Part shown: piece after piece, positions 37,971-47,915 of the stretch
How positions within the stretch are numbered: position 1 is the stretch's first letter
How the letters are laid out: each line of letters begins with the position of its first letter
Assembly (NCBI GenBank): GCA_964510885.1
Contig: CAZEDL010000004.1
Span: 3,182-67,181, forward strand
Length of the DNA stretch: 64,000 bases
Origin: an uncultured Gammaproteobacteria bacterium
GTDB lineage: Bacteria > Patescibacteriota > Patescibacteriia > Magasanikbacterales > GWA2-37-8
Direction: 5' to 3'
Notes under the pieces: generated by a model
The model's input: the letters and a program-made list of their open reading frames with translations, nothing else
What the model was told of the DNA's origin: nothing
The model's database searches: none
Program-made: the position numbers and the translations under genes

Positions 37971-38600
37971 ATGGAAAAACCTTCTTACCAACCAAGCCCA
38001 GTCCGTCGGACGGCCGAACGAGCCGGCCAAATTTTGGCCGCTGCTGCCGCCTTGTCTGGAGGGACAGAAAACTTGGCCCGAGCCGACGAAAAAGCTGCCG
38101 CACCAGCACCAGCTGAAGCGGCGCAAACTGAAAAGCCTAAAGCCAATGATACCGAGGACACACCCGAGCCCGCCCCCAATAAACTGATCCGTGCTGCCCG
38201 TATTGTCGGTGAAGGTATATTAGAATTTAAAAATGCCATCGGTTCAGATGGAAAAATAGTTAAAAAAACTATCGACGATGACTATGCCGAAGATGGTGGC
38301 AAATATGTGATTCATATTCAACCATACGTCTTCACTAATCCAGCCTTTAAAGATAGATTCCTCAAAGAGGGCGGGCAAGCATCGACCACCGAAGTCGCGG
38401 TGTATGTAACCAAAAAAATATTCAACTTGGTCGAAGAAGGTCGATGGGTAAAATTCCAAATGGAAAAATTTGGCCCCAAAGACCCAACCCCGGAGGTACA
38501 ACGATTTTGGCTCACCCCCGCAGGCCACGAGCCACCACCGGCCATCGACATTACAAGCAGTAAACAAGGCCCAAAAGACAGTCGTGCCCAAAAAAAATGA
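37971..38600 (+). CDS. hypothetical protein (Ala/Pro/Glu-rich N-terminus)
   Basis: 209-aa ORF followed by a strong terminator. Confidence 0.45.
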   Translation: MEKPSYQPSPVRRTAERAGQILAAAAALSGGTENLARADEKAAAPAPAEAAQTEKPKANDTEDTPEPAPNKLIRAARIVGEGILEFKNAIGSDGKIVKKTIDDDYAEDGGKYVIHIQPYVFTNPAFKDRFLKEGGQASTTEVAVYVTKKIFNLVEEGRWVKFQMEKFGPKDPTPEVQRFWLTPAGHEPPPAIDITSSKQGPKDSRAQKK

Positions 38601-38640
38601 ACCTTCCGAAATTCCGGAACACCTAAAATTATTCACAAAT

Positions 38641-38675
38641 AAAAAATCCCCCGGCGCATGGTCGGGGGATTTTTT
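38641..38675. terminator. bidirectional intrinsic terminator
   Basis: AAAAAATCCCCCG-GCGCATGGT-CGGGGGATTTTTT. Confidence 0.7.
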
Positions 38676-38711
38676 CTCTTCTAAGAGAACTCTCCTAAAA
38701 TGTTAAACCTC

Positions 38712-39746
38712 CTACCAATCCAGCGTTCCACCCACTTTATATTCCGTCACGCGCGTTTCAAAGAAATTCTTTTCTTTACTCAAATCAATCGCTTCACTCA
38801 TCCACGGGAATGGATTCGGCGTGTTGTACTGAGCCGGCAATCCAATACGAGCCAAGCGGCGATCAGCAATGTGCTCAATGTACTGCTTGAACCCTTCCGC
38901 ATTCATCCCAAAGATCCCTTTCGGGAACACTTCCTGGGCAAACGTATACTCAAGCACCACTGCCTTCTTCACCAGGTCAATAATATGCTGCTGGAACTCA
39001 GCCGTCCATAATTCTGGCTGCTCTTCTTTAATAGTGTTGATCATGTTGATACCGAAATTCAGATGCTGCGATTCGTCACGCATGATGTACTGAATCTGTT
39101 CGGCGCTCCCAATCATTTTATTCAAACGCTGGAATCCAAACATCACCGCAAACGAACTGTAAAAGAAAATTCCTTCCATAATCAGCGAAAACACACACAT
39201 GTTCTCAAGGAACTTCTGATCATTGGCAAAGGTGCCAGTCTTAAAAGTCGGGCTGAAGATACCATCATTGAAACCGAGGATAAATTCATCTTTGTTATAG
39301 ATAGCATCTACCTCTCGATACATGTTGAAGATCTCACTTTCATCCATGCCCAGGCTCTCCACAATATACTGATAGGCATGCGTATGAATAGCTTCTTCAT
39401 ATCCCTGGCGCAACAGATACATGCGACATTCCGGACTCGTCACATGTTTGTAGAACGCGAGCACCACATTATTAGCCGCCATCGAGTCAGCCGTGCTGAA
39501 AAACCCGAGCACCGTTTTCAGCGCTTTACGTTCATCTTCACTCAAAAAGGTTGGTGATTTCCATTGCTCGATATCTTTCTGCATGCTGATTTCAGTCGGT
39601 AGCCAATGATTGGCATTACCAGCATTATACGCATCCCAGGCAAAGATATGTTTCATTGGATAGAGCTGAATCACATCCGCATCCTCCCCATTGATCACGC
39701 GCCGCTTGTTGATATCAACGCGCTGACTGGTTTTTTGAATAGGCAT
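38712..39746 (-). CDS. nrdB: class I ribonucleotide reductase beta (R2) subunit
   Basis: Di-iron ligand regions EEAIHTHAYQYIV and ...MRDESQHLNFG. Ferritin-like fold. Confidence 0.9.
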   Translation of the reverse strand: MPIQKTSQRVDINKRRVINGEDADVIQLYPMKHIFAWDAYNAGNANHWLPTEISMQKDIEQWKSPTFLSEDERKALKTVLGFFSTADSMAANNVVLAFYKHVTSPECRMYLLRQGYEEAIHTHAYQYIVESLGMDESEIFNMYREVDAIYNKDEFILGFNDGIFSPTFKTGTFANDQKFLENMCVFSLIMEGIFFYSSFAVMFGFQRLNKMIGSAEQIQYIMRDESQHLNFGINMINTIKEEQPELWTAEFQQHIIDLVKKAVVLEYTFAQEVFPKGIFGMNAEGFKQYIEHIADRRLARIGLPAQYNTPNPFPWMSEAIDLSKEKNFFETRVTEYKVGGTLDW

Positions 39747-39765
39747 AGAAGTTTTTTACCGTCAC

Positions 39766-39800
39766 TTGTCATTCCCGCGTAGGCGGGAATCCAGACAATT
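39766..39800. repeat. GTCATTCCCGCG-family palindromic hairpin (single arm) in the nrdA-nrdB intergenic spacer
   Basis: TTGTCATTCCCGCGTAGGCGGGAATCCAGACAA. Confidence 0.65.
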
Positions 39801-39821
39801 ACCAAATTAAATCACGAACTA

Positions 39822-42668
39822 CTAACTCTGGCACGATTCACACGTCGGATCATTGATAGCACAGGCTTTCATCGTAGCAGCTGAAATCGGAGCAATTGGA
39901 AACGCTGCTGGCGGCTTCACTGGTTGCGGAGCCGGTGCTGCTTGTTCCGTAGCCGCTGGCGCGGAGCCCCCCGGAGCGCGTAGATGGGTCGAGCCAAATT
40001 TAGCCGTATCAACGGTAGATTTTTCTACCTGAGAAGCACCAAGAGTGCGCAGGTAATACGTGGTCTTAAGCCCCAATTCCCAAGCATACATATACACCTC
40101 ACTGAGTTCACGCCCACTTGTGCCATGGAAATAAATATTGAGCGACTGACTCTGGTCAATCCATTTGCCGCGATAGGCTGCCGATTTAATCAGCCAACGT
40201 GGATTAATTTCGAATACTTCTTTATGTTTAGCACGGATATGAGCTGGAATTTCCTGGATATTCGCAATACTACCATCGTGGTATTTAATCTTGCCAAGCA
40301 TTTCGTAATCCCAGAGATTCAATTTTTTCAGATCATCGACAAGGTATGGATTGATGACAATAAAATCTCCGGCCTGATTAGATTTTACATACAAATTCTT
40401 ATAGATCGGCTCAATTGTTGGCAAACAGCCGACGATATTTGCCGTCGTGGCGGTCGGCGCCACAGCCAAACAGTTCGAATTGCGCATGCCATGTTCTTTG
40501 ATTGCAGCGCGCACCACATTCCAATCCATTCGTGCCGTGCGGGCCACATCGATTTTTTCACCCCGTTCCTGTTCGAGCAAATCAAGCGTATCGAGCGGCA
40601 AAATTCCGCGATCCCATTTTGATCCGCGATAGGTTTGGTACGCCCCGCGTTCTTTAGCCAGTTCGGTCGAAGCGAGAATCGCATAGTAAGCAACCGCTTC
40701 CATACTATAGTCAGCGAATTCCACACACCCTTCGGAATCAAAATCAATTCCCATCATATACAGCGCATCCTGAAATCCACGGATACCAAGACCCACCGGG
40801 CGATGACGGAAGTTACTGCGGCGCGTATCTTCGGTCGGATAAAAGTTAATATCAATGACATTATCAAGCATGCGCATCGCGATCGGCACCACTTCTTGTA
40901 CCAATGCAACATCGTATTTACCGTCCTTAACGAACTTGGCAAAGTTAAGTGAACCGAGGTTACACACCGCCGTTTCATCTTCGGAGTTATTAAGCGTAAT
41001 TTCGGTGCAAAGGTTAGAATTGTGCACCACGCCGACATGATCCTGCGGCGAACGCACATTGCTCGGATCTTTGAACGTGATCCACGGATGACCAGTTTCA
41101 AACAGCATCGCCAGCATCTTCTTCCAGAGGTCACGAGCTTTAATTTTTTTGAACAACGTAATCTTGCCTTCGGCAGCCAGCTGCTCGTATTTTACATATT
41201 TCTCATCGAATTTCTTGCCATAGATATGATGCAGATCTGGCGTTTCATCCGGACTAAACAATGTCCAGTCTTCATCCGCACGCACGCGCTTCATGAACAA
41301 ATCTGGAATCCAGTTAGCCGTATCCATATCATGCGTGCGGCGGCGTTCATCACCCGTATTTTTGCGCAGTTCGAGGAACGCTTCGACATCATAATGCCAG
41401 CATTCGAGGTACACACACGCGGCGCCCCGGCGGCGGCCACTGCGGTTGATAGCCACCGTGACATCATTTGCAATTTTGAGGAATGGCACTACCCCCTGGC
41501 TCTCTACACCAGTACCTTTAATATAGGCGCCAGTGCCACGAATATTCGTCCAATCAGTGCCAATACCACCAGACCATTTAGATAGCTGAGCATTGTCGCT
41601 ATAGGTTTTAAAGATATTATCGAGCGAATCGGTAACGGTGTTCAAATAGCACGAAGCCAGCTGCGGTTTGTGCGTGCCAGCGTGGAACAACGTCGGCGTC
41701 GACGGCGTGTACAACAATTTCGACATGATGTCATAAAACGCAATCGTGTGTTCGAGCCGATTTTCTTTTTCAGAAATCGCCGAACCCATCGCAATGCGCA
41801 TCCAGAACATTTGTGGTGTTTCAAGCACGCGCTTGGCATCATGATCACTCAAGAAATAGCGGTCATAAATAGTTTGAAGACCAATATAGGTGAACAAATC
41901 ATCGCGCTCAATTACCAAGGCTTTGGCCAATGTATCGAGGTCAAACGTGAGCATCTTCGGATCAAGCCGTTCAATTTCTACCCCGCGGCGAATATTAGCG
42001 ATAAAGGCGGCACGATACTGCGCTTCGATATTTTTGTAATCAATCACGTCACGACCAATTACTTCTTGGTAGTTGAGAGAAAGGAGTAAACGAGCGGCAA
42101 CTTTTCCATAGGCTGGATCCTGCTCAAGCATCGCGCGAGCGGTCATGATCAAACTGCGAGAAATGTCGGTCGTCTTAATCCCTTCGTATAATTCCGAGCG
42201 CGATTGCTGCAAAATCGCTTCGGCATTTACCGCTGATTCGAGGCCAACCACTGCATAGCTAAGCGATTTGCGTAGTTTATCCATGGAAAACGGTTCCATT
42301 TTGCCCGAACGCTTCGTGATCATGAGTGCATTCTTTTCAATTTTGGCAATCGTGGCACGCTTTTTCTCTTCACGCTCTTTGGCATGTTCGTAGCGGTAGA
42401 GAATGTAGGATTTGGCAATATCAAACAAACCTTCTTGCATCAGCGAGCGCTCTACAAAATCCTGCACCGCTTCCACCGCCGGGGTGGTGTTCTGAAACGA
42501 TTGCTCGAGCTGATCGACCACCATGGTGGTAATAGCTGCAACTTTGGCATCATCCGCCTGGCCGCGCACTTCGATGCACGCTTTGCGGATAGCCGCTGCA
42601 ATTTTATCCGGATCAAAATCAACCACCGATGAATCACGTTTTTTAATTTTTAGTATCGTCGACGACAT
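39822..42668 (-). CDS. nrdA: class I ribonucleotide reductase alpha (R1) subunit with N-terminal ATP-cone
   Basis: 948 aa. ATP-cone (VVDFDPDKIAAAIRKA), catalytic NLCTEI and AVAPTATTANI regions, C-terminal CESC redox pair. Confidence 0.95.
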   Translation of the reverse strand: MSSTILKIKKRDSSVVDFDPDKIAAAIRKACIEVRGQADDAKVAAITTMVVDQLEQSFQNTTPAVEAVQDFVERSLMQEGLFDIAKSYILYRYEHAKEREEKKRATIAKIEKNALMITKRSGKMEPFSMDKLRKSLSYAVVGLESAVNAEAILQQSRSELYEGIKTTDISRSLIMTARAMLEQDPAYGKVAARLLLSLNYQEVIGRDVIDYKNIEAQYRAAFIANIRRGVEIERLDPKMLTFDLDTLAKALVIERDDLFTYIGLQTIYDRYFLSDHDAKRVLETPQMFWMRIAMGSAISEKENRLEHTIAFYDIMSKLLYTPSTPTLFHAGTHKPQLASCYLNTVTDSLDNIFKTYSDNAQLSKWSGGIGTDWTNIRGTGAYIKGTGVESQGVVPFLKIANDVTVAINRSGRRRGAACVYLECWHYDVEAFLELRKNTGDERRRTHDMDTANWIPDLFMKRVRADEDWTLFSPDETPDLHHIYGKKFDEKYVKYEQLAAEGKITLFKKIKARDLWKKMLAMLFETGHPWITFKDPSNVRSPQDHVGVVHNSNLCTEITLNNSEDETAVCNLGSLNFAKFVKDGKYDVALVQEVVPIAMRMLDNVIDINFYPTEDTRRSNFRHRPVGLGIRGFQDALYMMGIDFDSEGCVEFADYSMEAVAYYAILASTELAKERGAYQTYRGSKWDRGILPLDTLDLLEQERGEKIDVARTARMDWNVVRAAIKEHGMRNSNCLAVAPTATTANIVGCLPTIEPIYKNLYVKSNQAGDFIVINPYLVDDLKKLNLWDYEMLGKIKYHDGSIANIQEIPAHIRAKHKEVFEINPRWLIKSAAYRGKWIDQSQSLNIYFHGTSGRELSEVYMYAWELGLKTTYYLRTLGASQVEKSTVDTAKFGSTHLRAPGGSAPAATEQAAPAPQPVKPPAAFPIAPISAATMKACAINDPTCESCQS

Positions 42669-42979
42669 ACGATAACACGTTAGTGAAAAAAATCCCCTCG
42701 CTACTTAGATGCTGTTTACAGCAGCGGCACACAGCGGTATCGCGTGAAGTCGAGCACTCTTATGACCAGACAAACAGGTAGATCTAAGACTGCTCCACTA
42801 GGGCGGCACGTAGGCGGCGTAGTAAAAAACAGAAAAGTCCCGGGTGGGACTTAGAAGTATAGCACAGCGTAAATACTAGATATAGGGATGTTATCCACAG
42901 TTATACCACAATATGTTGTTTTTATAGTAAATTTCGGTGTCAGCGCACGCTGACGGAAAAATCCGCCAATAAATCCGGG

Positions 42980-43693
42980 CTATTTGCCCTCTCTGCGCTC
43001 CGAGGCAGCATAAAAATCAAGGGCTTTTTGAAACTCGGCCGGTGAAAAATCGGGCCATAGCGTCTCTGTAAAATACAACCGGGCCTCCGCTACATCCCAC
43101 ATCATGAACCCGGTCGAAAAATGCGGCTCGCCACCGGTGCGGATAACCAGGTCTACTGGGGGGAGATCGCGCGTTGCTAAATATTGTTTGATGGCCTGCT
43201 CCGTAATGGCCGCACGTTCCGCATCTGGCAAAGCTGCAATATGCTTAATCGCCGCTGTCATTTCTGCCGTACCACTATATGCAAGGAGCAAAGTCAAATT
43301 AAATTTCTGATGACTCGCAGTCTTGTCGATAACGGTTTGAATAGCCTTCTGACAGGAGGGCGGAAAATACGTTTTCCACTCCCCGATCACCCGCACTCGC
43401 ACCTCATTATCAAACAAGACTTTAGCCGAAGCCATTTTTTTAAAATACTGCTCAAATAAAGTAAATAAAAATTTCACTTCAAGCGCGCTACGCTTAGTTA
43501 CATTACCAACTGAACAACCCCACACCGTCAGACACGGAATCTTGAGATCAAGCGCGGTTTGCAAAATTGTCTCTACTGCCTTCGCTCCTTCCTGATGCCC
43601 AAAAAAGGCTGGTTTACCAAGCTGCTTGGCCCAACGGCGATTCCCGTCTGGAATAATGGCAATATGGGCAGGAAGCATGTTTTCAGTCACCAT
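42980..43693 (-). CDS. uppS: undecaprenyl-diphosphate synthase (cis-prenyltransferase)
   Basis: HIAIIPDGNRRWAKQLG ... conserved UPPS motifs. Confidence 0.9.
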   Translation of the reverse strand: MVTENMLPAHIAIIPDGNRRWAKQLGKPAFFGHQEGAKAVETILQTALDLKIPCLTVWGCSVGNVTKRSALEVKFLFTLFEQYFKKMASAKVLFDNEVRVRVIGEWKTYFPPSCQKAIQTVIDKTASHQKFNLTLLLAYSGTAEMTAAIKHIAALPDAERAAITEQAIKQYLATRDLPPVDLVIRTGGEPHFSTGFMMWDVAEARLYFTETLWPDFSPAEFQKALDFYAASERREGK

Positions 43694-43771
43694 AAACAGT
43701 CTCTAAACCTAAAAATAAAGCCCCCTAAAAATAACATAAAAGACTAGAGAGAGCAATCGTTAAGGAAATTT

Positions 43772-43893
43772 GAGCTTGGTGAAAAACTGTCATTCTGAGT
43801 GAAACGAAGAATCCCTTAACGCTAACTTCAGTAGCAATGTTGACTATAAGGGATCCTTCGCTCCGCTAAGGATGATAGGTTACCGTGATTTTT
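43772..43893. repeat. MITE-like palindromic element (TGTCATTCTGAGTGAAACG family) with perfect 15-bp outer terminal inverted repeats (TIRs)
   Basis: Outer TIR GAGCTTGGTGAAAAA/TTTTTCACCAAGCTC. Inner CTGTCATTCTGAGTGAAACGAAGAATCCCTTAACGCTAAC...TATAAGGGATCC. Confidence 0.75.
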
Positions 43894-43975
43894 CACCAAG
43901 CTCAGGCAATTTACAGATCGCTATTTTTATATTACGTTATAGTTAGTCAAAAATTTATAAAGACTAACCTTTTTT

Positions 43976-44620
43976 ATGAATGATTTTAAAACCAGAGATC
44001 AACTGGCAGTCGCCGCTAGTGGAGCTGGCCAAGAACACGACCCTGAAGAGATGAGCCCGCTTGAAAAACAGCTCTACGGCAAAACTCTAGCTGAAATTCA
44101 AAACGCCCTAGGGCCAGCCGGAAGTATTGGTAAAAATGAAATTTTTGTCGAAACGTATGGGGCAAACGGCAAATTTGAAGCCGCCATCCTGGCGATTGCC
44201 GAAGCGGTGGCTGCCAAAAAACAAGGGCTAGTTCCCGGACCAAAATTTGTGAGCCAATTTTCTGAGCTCGACCTCGAATTTCGTGAAGTGATTGGCGAGG
44301 CCCTGGTTCAGGAACTCGACAATGATCAAATTCTCGAGGGGAAAAACCTAGCCGAACTAACCGACGCCCTCCTGAAGCTTAACGCTCTGCAAAAAGCCCT
44401 GCCTGCTTCCAGAAAGATGCTAAACCAAGGCACGCCGATTGACTTCAAATTCCTACTCGAAAATTACGTAAGAAATATTCCTGGTCTAAAAGCTGAAATC
44501 TCTAATCAAGACCACCTAAACAACATGGCCTACTCGCATCTCCCCCAAATCTTTGGTCTCCGATCTGCCGCCGAAAATCTCGCAGCAGACACTGCCATAT
44601 CTCTTGATAAAGCAGCCTAA
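43976..44620 (+). CDS. hypothetical protein
   Basis: 214-aa ORF. I recognised no domain. Confidence 0.45.
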   Translation: MNDFKTRDQLAVAASGAGQEHDPEEMSPLEKQLYGKTLAEIQNALGPAGSIGKNEIFVETYGANGKFEAAILAIAEAVAAKKQGLVPGPKFVSQFSELDLEFREVIGEALVQELDNDQILEGKNLAELTDALLKLNALQKALPASRKMLNQGTPIDFKFLLENYVRNIPGLKAEISNQDHLNNMAYSHLPQIFGLRSAAENLAADTAISLDKAA

Positions 44621-44683
44621 GAAAAGGCAACAAAAAAACAAGCTTAATAAGAAGCTTGTTTTTTTGTATACGAGTTATCTGTG

Positions 44684-44700
44684 TGGACCAATGGGGACTC
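44684..44700 (-). repeat. 17-nt direct duplicate of the tRNA-Ala 3' end (distal to the element)
   Basis: TGGACCAATGGGGACTC is identical to 44810-44826. Confidence 0.7.
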
Positions 44701-44809
44701 TCAGTCGCTACGCTCCCACAAAAGGGCTTCCGCCCTCTCGTGCGCTCTCCTCAAAAAAGGTGGAAACCTCTCGATTTCCAAACCTTCCCCGTTCGAGTCC
44801 ATATACTAG
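44701..44809 (-). other. tRNA-trailer conserved structured element, copy 3 (after tRNA-Ala, minus strand)
   Basis: Minus-strand sequence: CTAGTATATGGACTCGAACGGGGAAGGTTTGGAAATC[GAGA]GGTTTCCACC...GGGC[GGAA]GCCCTTTTGTGGGAGCGTAGCGACTGA. GGACTCGAAC is the reverse complement of the tRNA-Ala T-loop. Confidence 0.7.
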
Positions 44810-44882
44810 TGGACCAATGGGGACTCGAACCCCAAACCTTCGCCTTGCAAAGGCGTTGCTCTACCAATTGAGCTATTGGCCC
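44810..44882 (-). tRNA. tRNA-Ala (anticodon TGC) with G3:U70
   Basis: Reverse complement GGGCCAA...ACGCC-TTTGCAA-GGCGA...GGTTCGAGTCC...TTGGTCC-A. The G3:U70 wobble is the Ala identity element. Confidence 0.85.
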
Positions 44883-44956
44883 GTCAATTTATACGGACAC
44901 ATCGTACCAGGTCGTACCATAAAAGTCAATCTAGTGGTATAATTAAGCCAGACTTC

Positions 44957-45463
44957 ATGGCGGCACAAAACTTTTCATATATGGACCCCATCTTTCTTAA
45001 CACCGAGCTGTGCTACCTCGGCCAAATTTTCCTTGCTCTCGTACTCGGCAGTTTTCTTGGCTGGCAACGCGACCGCTCCGGTAAACCAGCCGGCATTCGC
45101 ACCTACGCGCTAGTAGCAGCCGGCTCTGCCTTTTTCACCTTATTGTCCCTGTATGCCTTTGGCACTGACAGCCCGAGCCGAGTCGCCGCACAAATTCTCG
45201 TCGGTATTGGTTTTATTGGTGCCGGCACCATTTTGCATAAAGCCGATCATATCGAAGGACTCACCACGGCCGCCGGCCTCTGGATCGCCGCCGCCATCGG
45301 CATGGGTGTAGCGGCTGGTTGGTACCTGCTCTCTACCACTACCACCCTCCTCGTTTTTATCTACCTACTCATCGATGAAAAAAAATGGTTCGTGAAAACC
45401 ACTAATACTTCCCTACCAATCAAATCTAACCGTTCAAAAAAAACTAATGAAAAAACGGGTTAA
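44957..45463 (+). CDS. MgtC/SapB-family membrane protein
   Basis: LVLGSFLGWQRDRSGKPAGIRTYALVAAGSA...GIGFIGAGTIL...AAGLWIAAAIGMG. Confidence 0.7.
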   Translation: MAAQNFSYMDPIFLNTELCYLGQIFLALVLGSFLGWQRDRSGKPAGIRTYALVAAGSAFFTLLSLYAFGTDSPSRVAAQILVGIGFIGAGTILHKADHIEGLTTAAGLWIAAAIGMGVAAGWYLLSTTTTLLVFIYLLIDEKKWFVKTTNTSLPIKSNRSKKTNEKTG

Positions 45464-45477
45464 CGACCCGTTTTTTA
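45450..45477 (+). terminator. intrinsic terminator overlapping the MgtC stop codon
   Basis: AAAAAACGGGT-TAACG-ACCCGTTTTTT. Confidence 0.65.
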
Positions 45478-45611
45478 TTTTTACAATACCCGCAGTATTT
45501 CACCCGCTGAATTGCACTTTTCATGAAAATGACAACAGCCACTCAACAGCCTGACGCCATTTTCTTCCAGTGCATCGGCCGCTTCATTATTTTTTAAAAT
45601 ACACTATCAAA

Positions 45612-46112
45612 TTACTGCTTCAACCAATACGCCAAGAGTGCCAGAAACCCCGTATACAAAAAATGTATATGCCAGCGCTTTAATAGATTCAAAAAATACA
45701 ATGCCACTACCAACGGTAACGCCACGACCACCAAGGGATTATGCCAAAACCGCCGCCCAGTCGCCCGCCACAGCGCTTCAGCATCACCCGTAGAAGGAAT
45801 CGCATGCAATCCAATCGCAATCGCGAGCCACCCATACACCGCCGTATGATAATCCACATACGGCATTTTTATGCCAGCGAACAGCACCATGGCCACGATA
45901 GTATTCACAATCAACGGGCCGAACGACACCAAGATGTGCTGATAAAAATACTGCGGATCGTCATGCCGCACATACCCAGCCACCTGGCCGAATTGAAATA
46001 ATTTTATTTTGTGGATCTTGACCCCAGAAAGCCAACAAAACAAAGCATGGCCAAGCTCGTGCATGGCCACTCCCGGTGCCGTGATAAGGGCGTATAAATA
46101 GGCAAAAAACAT
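45612..46112 (-). CDS. membrane-embedded HExxH zinc-metalloprotease-like protein
   Basis: VAMHELGHALFCWLSG with 4-5 TM helices (DUF3267/M50-like). Confidence 0.5.
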   Translation of the reverse strand: MFFAYLYALITAPGVAMHELGHALFCWLSGVKIHKIKLFQFGQVAGYVRHDDPQYFYQHILVSFGPLIVNTIVAMVLFAGIKMPYVDYHTAVYGWLAIAIGLHAIPSTGDAEALWRATGRRFWHNPLVVVALPLVVALYFLNLLKRWHIHFLYTGFLALLAYWLKQ

Positions 46113-46150
46113 ACAAAAAACTTTTTCAACACCTCAGTAATTTAAAATAT

Positions 46151-46257
46151 TGTCATTCCCGCGCAGCAGCGGGAATCCACAATCAAAATGTTCAATTTAT
46201 AATTTGTAATTATTGAACAGTACAGTGCTGGATTCCCGATCTTGGTCAGGAATGACA
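46151..46257. repeat. GTCATTCCCGCG-family palindromic MITE-like element
   Basis: TTGTCATTCCCGCGCAGCAGCGGGAATCCA ... TGGATTCCCGATCTTGGTCAGGAATGACA. Confidence 0.75.
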
Positions 46258-46307
46258 CAAGTTGGTTTTGACATGAGTTCACTGTAACAATAAAATTGCC
46301 TATATTA

Positions 46308-47609
46308 TTAAGTGCTAGACTGTTTTTGATACAAAAAGATGAGTGCGCTCAAAATCCACCACTCCATCGCCAGATCATTTTTAAAATAGGGCACATCAAG
46401 CATACCGTGGACAATAAACGCAACTAAGAGAGCCGATAAACCCGCCCCCAGCACCACTTCCTTCCGCTTATATATTCCATACGCCACGCGGAGCAAATAT
46501 CCATACATCACTACAAATGCCACCATCCCAAACAAGCCAATCTCTGTCCAAAAATTCAACACCACATTATGCGGATAAATAATCCGCTCCATTTGTTTGG
46601 GATTATAAAACGGCTTTTGAATCTTACGAAAAAACTGGCGAATCCCCGTGCCGAGGATAAAATGGCTCGGCGACTCGGTGAGATAATTGATCGAATACGT
46701 CCACAGTCGCACCCGATTACCGCCCGACTGATAATGAATTGGCAGTGCATTTGGGAAAAAAGCGACCATTCCTGCCAGCATCACTGCCAAGGCAGTTACA
46801 GCCAACACTATTTTTTTATAACCGACCAGAAATAAAAATACCATTCCGCCCACCGCCAAAGCCAAAAACCCGCCCTGCGAACGAGTAAACACCGTGGCCA
46901 CCAGCGCCAGTCCAAGTGCTACCCAAAATAATACTCGCACCTGTCGGCTTAACGGCTCAACGGTACTGACTCCTTGCGTTATCTTAAAAAACTTCCGCTG
47001 AATCGAGGGAAACAGCGCGGCTGCAAGCAGCATAACAATCGGCCCCAAGTACAACGTCACCGCATTTGGCGACGTAAAAAAAGCTGTTACCCGGCGCGTC
47101 TCCGGGTTAGTCCATTGTTCCGTAGCAATTCCGAGACCCGTAAACTGCTGCACGATCGCATATATACTAATACTTAATGTTGATAGCACGAGCGCCGTCC
47201 GAAGATCACTCCACGCTAATTTATTTTTTAAACTGATCAAGATAAAAAACAAAACAATTGGCTCCAAAAAATAGGCCCGCCATTGCCCAAGTGACGCAAT
47301 CGCCATATCGCTCACCCAAATACTGCTGGCCGATGAAATCAAAAATAGCAAGATAGCGGTTACAAACACCCGATGTTGCTTACAAAATTTCCACAATTCT
47401 GGCACTACTTCTCGCGCCTGAAAAATAAGCCAGCCGCAGGCAATGCCGCCAAATCCGGCTTCTAGCATTGTCGAAGGCAACGGGCCGAGCTTAAAGCGGA
47501 TTAAATAGGTTGGCAGGCTAATAATAAACAAGCCAATCGCATAAGGCACATGGCGTTTCATGAGCCAAACGAGGAGTAAGAAATAGATTACCAGAAAAGC
47601 TAAAACCAT
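46308..47609 (-). CDS. O-antigen ligase/polymerase-family membrane protein (Wzy_C-like)
   Basis: About 11 TM helices with a large extracytoplasmic loop. Typical Wzy_C architecture. Confidence 0.55.
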   Translation of the reverse strand: MVLAFLVIYFLLLVWLMKRHVPYAIGLFIISLPTYLIRFKLGPLPSTMLEAGFGGIACGWLIFQAREVVPELWKFCKQHRVFVTAILLFLISSASSIWVSDMAIASLGQWRAYFLEPIVLFFILISLKNKLAWSDLRTALVLSTLSISIYAIVQQFTGLGIATEQWTNPETRRVTAFFTSPNAVTLYLGPIVMLLAAALFPSIQRKFFKITQGVSTVEPLSRQVRVLFWVALGLALVATVFTRSQGGFLALAVGGMVFLFLVGYKKIVLAVTALAVMLAGMVAFFPNALPIHYQSGGNRVRLWTYSINYLTESPSHFILGTGIRQFFRKIQKPFYNPKQMERIIYPHNVVLNFWTEIGLFGMVAFVVMYGYLLRVAYGIYKRKEVVLGAGLSALLVAFIVHGMLDVPYFKNDLAMEWWILSALIFLYQKQSST

Positions 47610-47713
47610 ATAGATAAAGTTGCTTAACTATAACAAAAGACTAGAAATTGGTCTATAAAAATCACAATAAAACAGGTAATTAATATCAGAGCTAGGCGAA
47701 AAATCACCCCCAC

Positions 47714-47842
47714 CTGTCATCCTGAGCGGAGCGAGGGATCCCTTACAGCCAATCTCCCTGGTGAAGTTAGCATTAAGGTATTTTCCTTAAGGTGGCCCTT
47801 TAGGGTTCGTTTCACTTAGAATGACAGTTTTTCACCAAGGTC
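47714..47842. repeat. MITE-like palindromic element (TGTCATCCTGAGC...GAATGACAG) with right outer TTTTTCACCAAGGTC
   Basis: Internal GGGATCCCTTACAGCC...TTAAGG...GGGTTCGTTTCACTTAGAATGACAG is the reverse-complement partner of the 43787 copy. Confidence 0.7.
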
Positions 47843-47915
47843 TTAATATATCACTTGGATTGACGAAAAGGTCGTAAATTCAGTATTATGCAAGCAAGTT
47901 AAAAGGAGACAAACC

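Noticed and set aside
39984-42632. Numerous antisense or alternative-frame ORFs within nrdA (for example 39984..40622+, 41022..41585+, 41670..42089+).
   Set aside because: They are embedded in a well-supported 948-aa RNR alpha subunit gene on the opposite strand and have no domain signatures.
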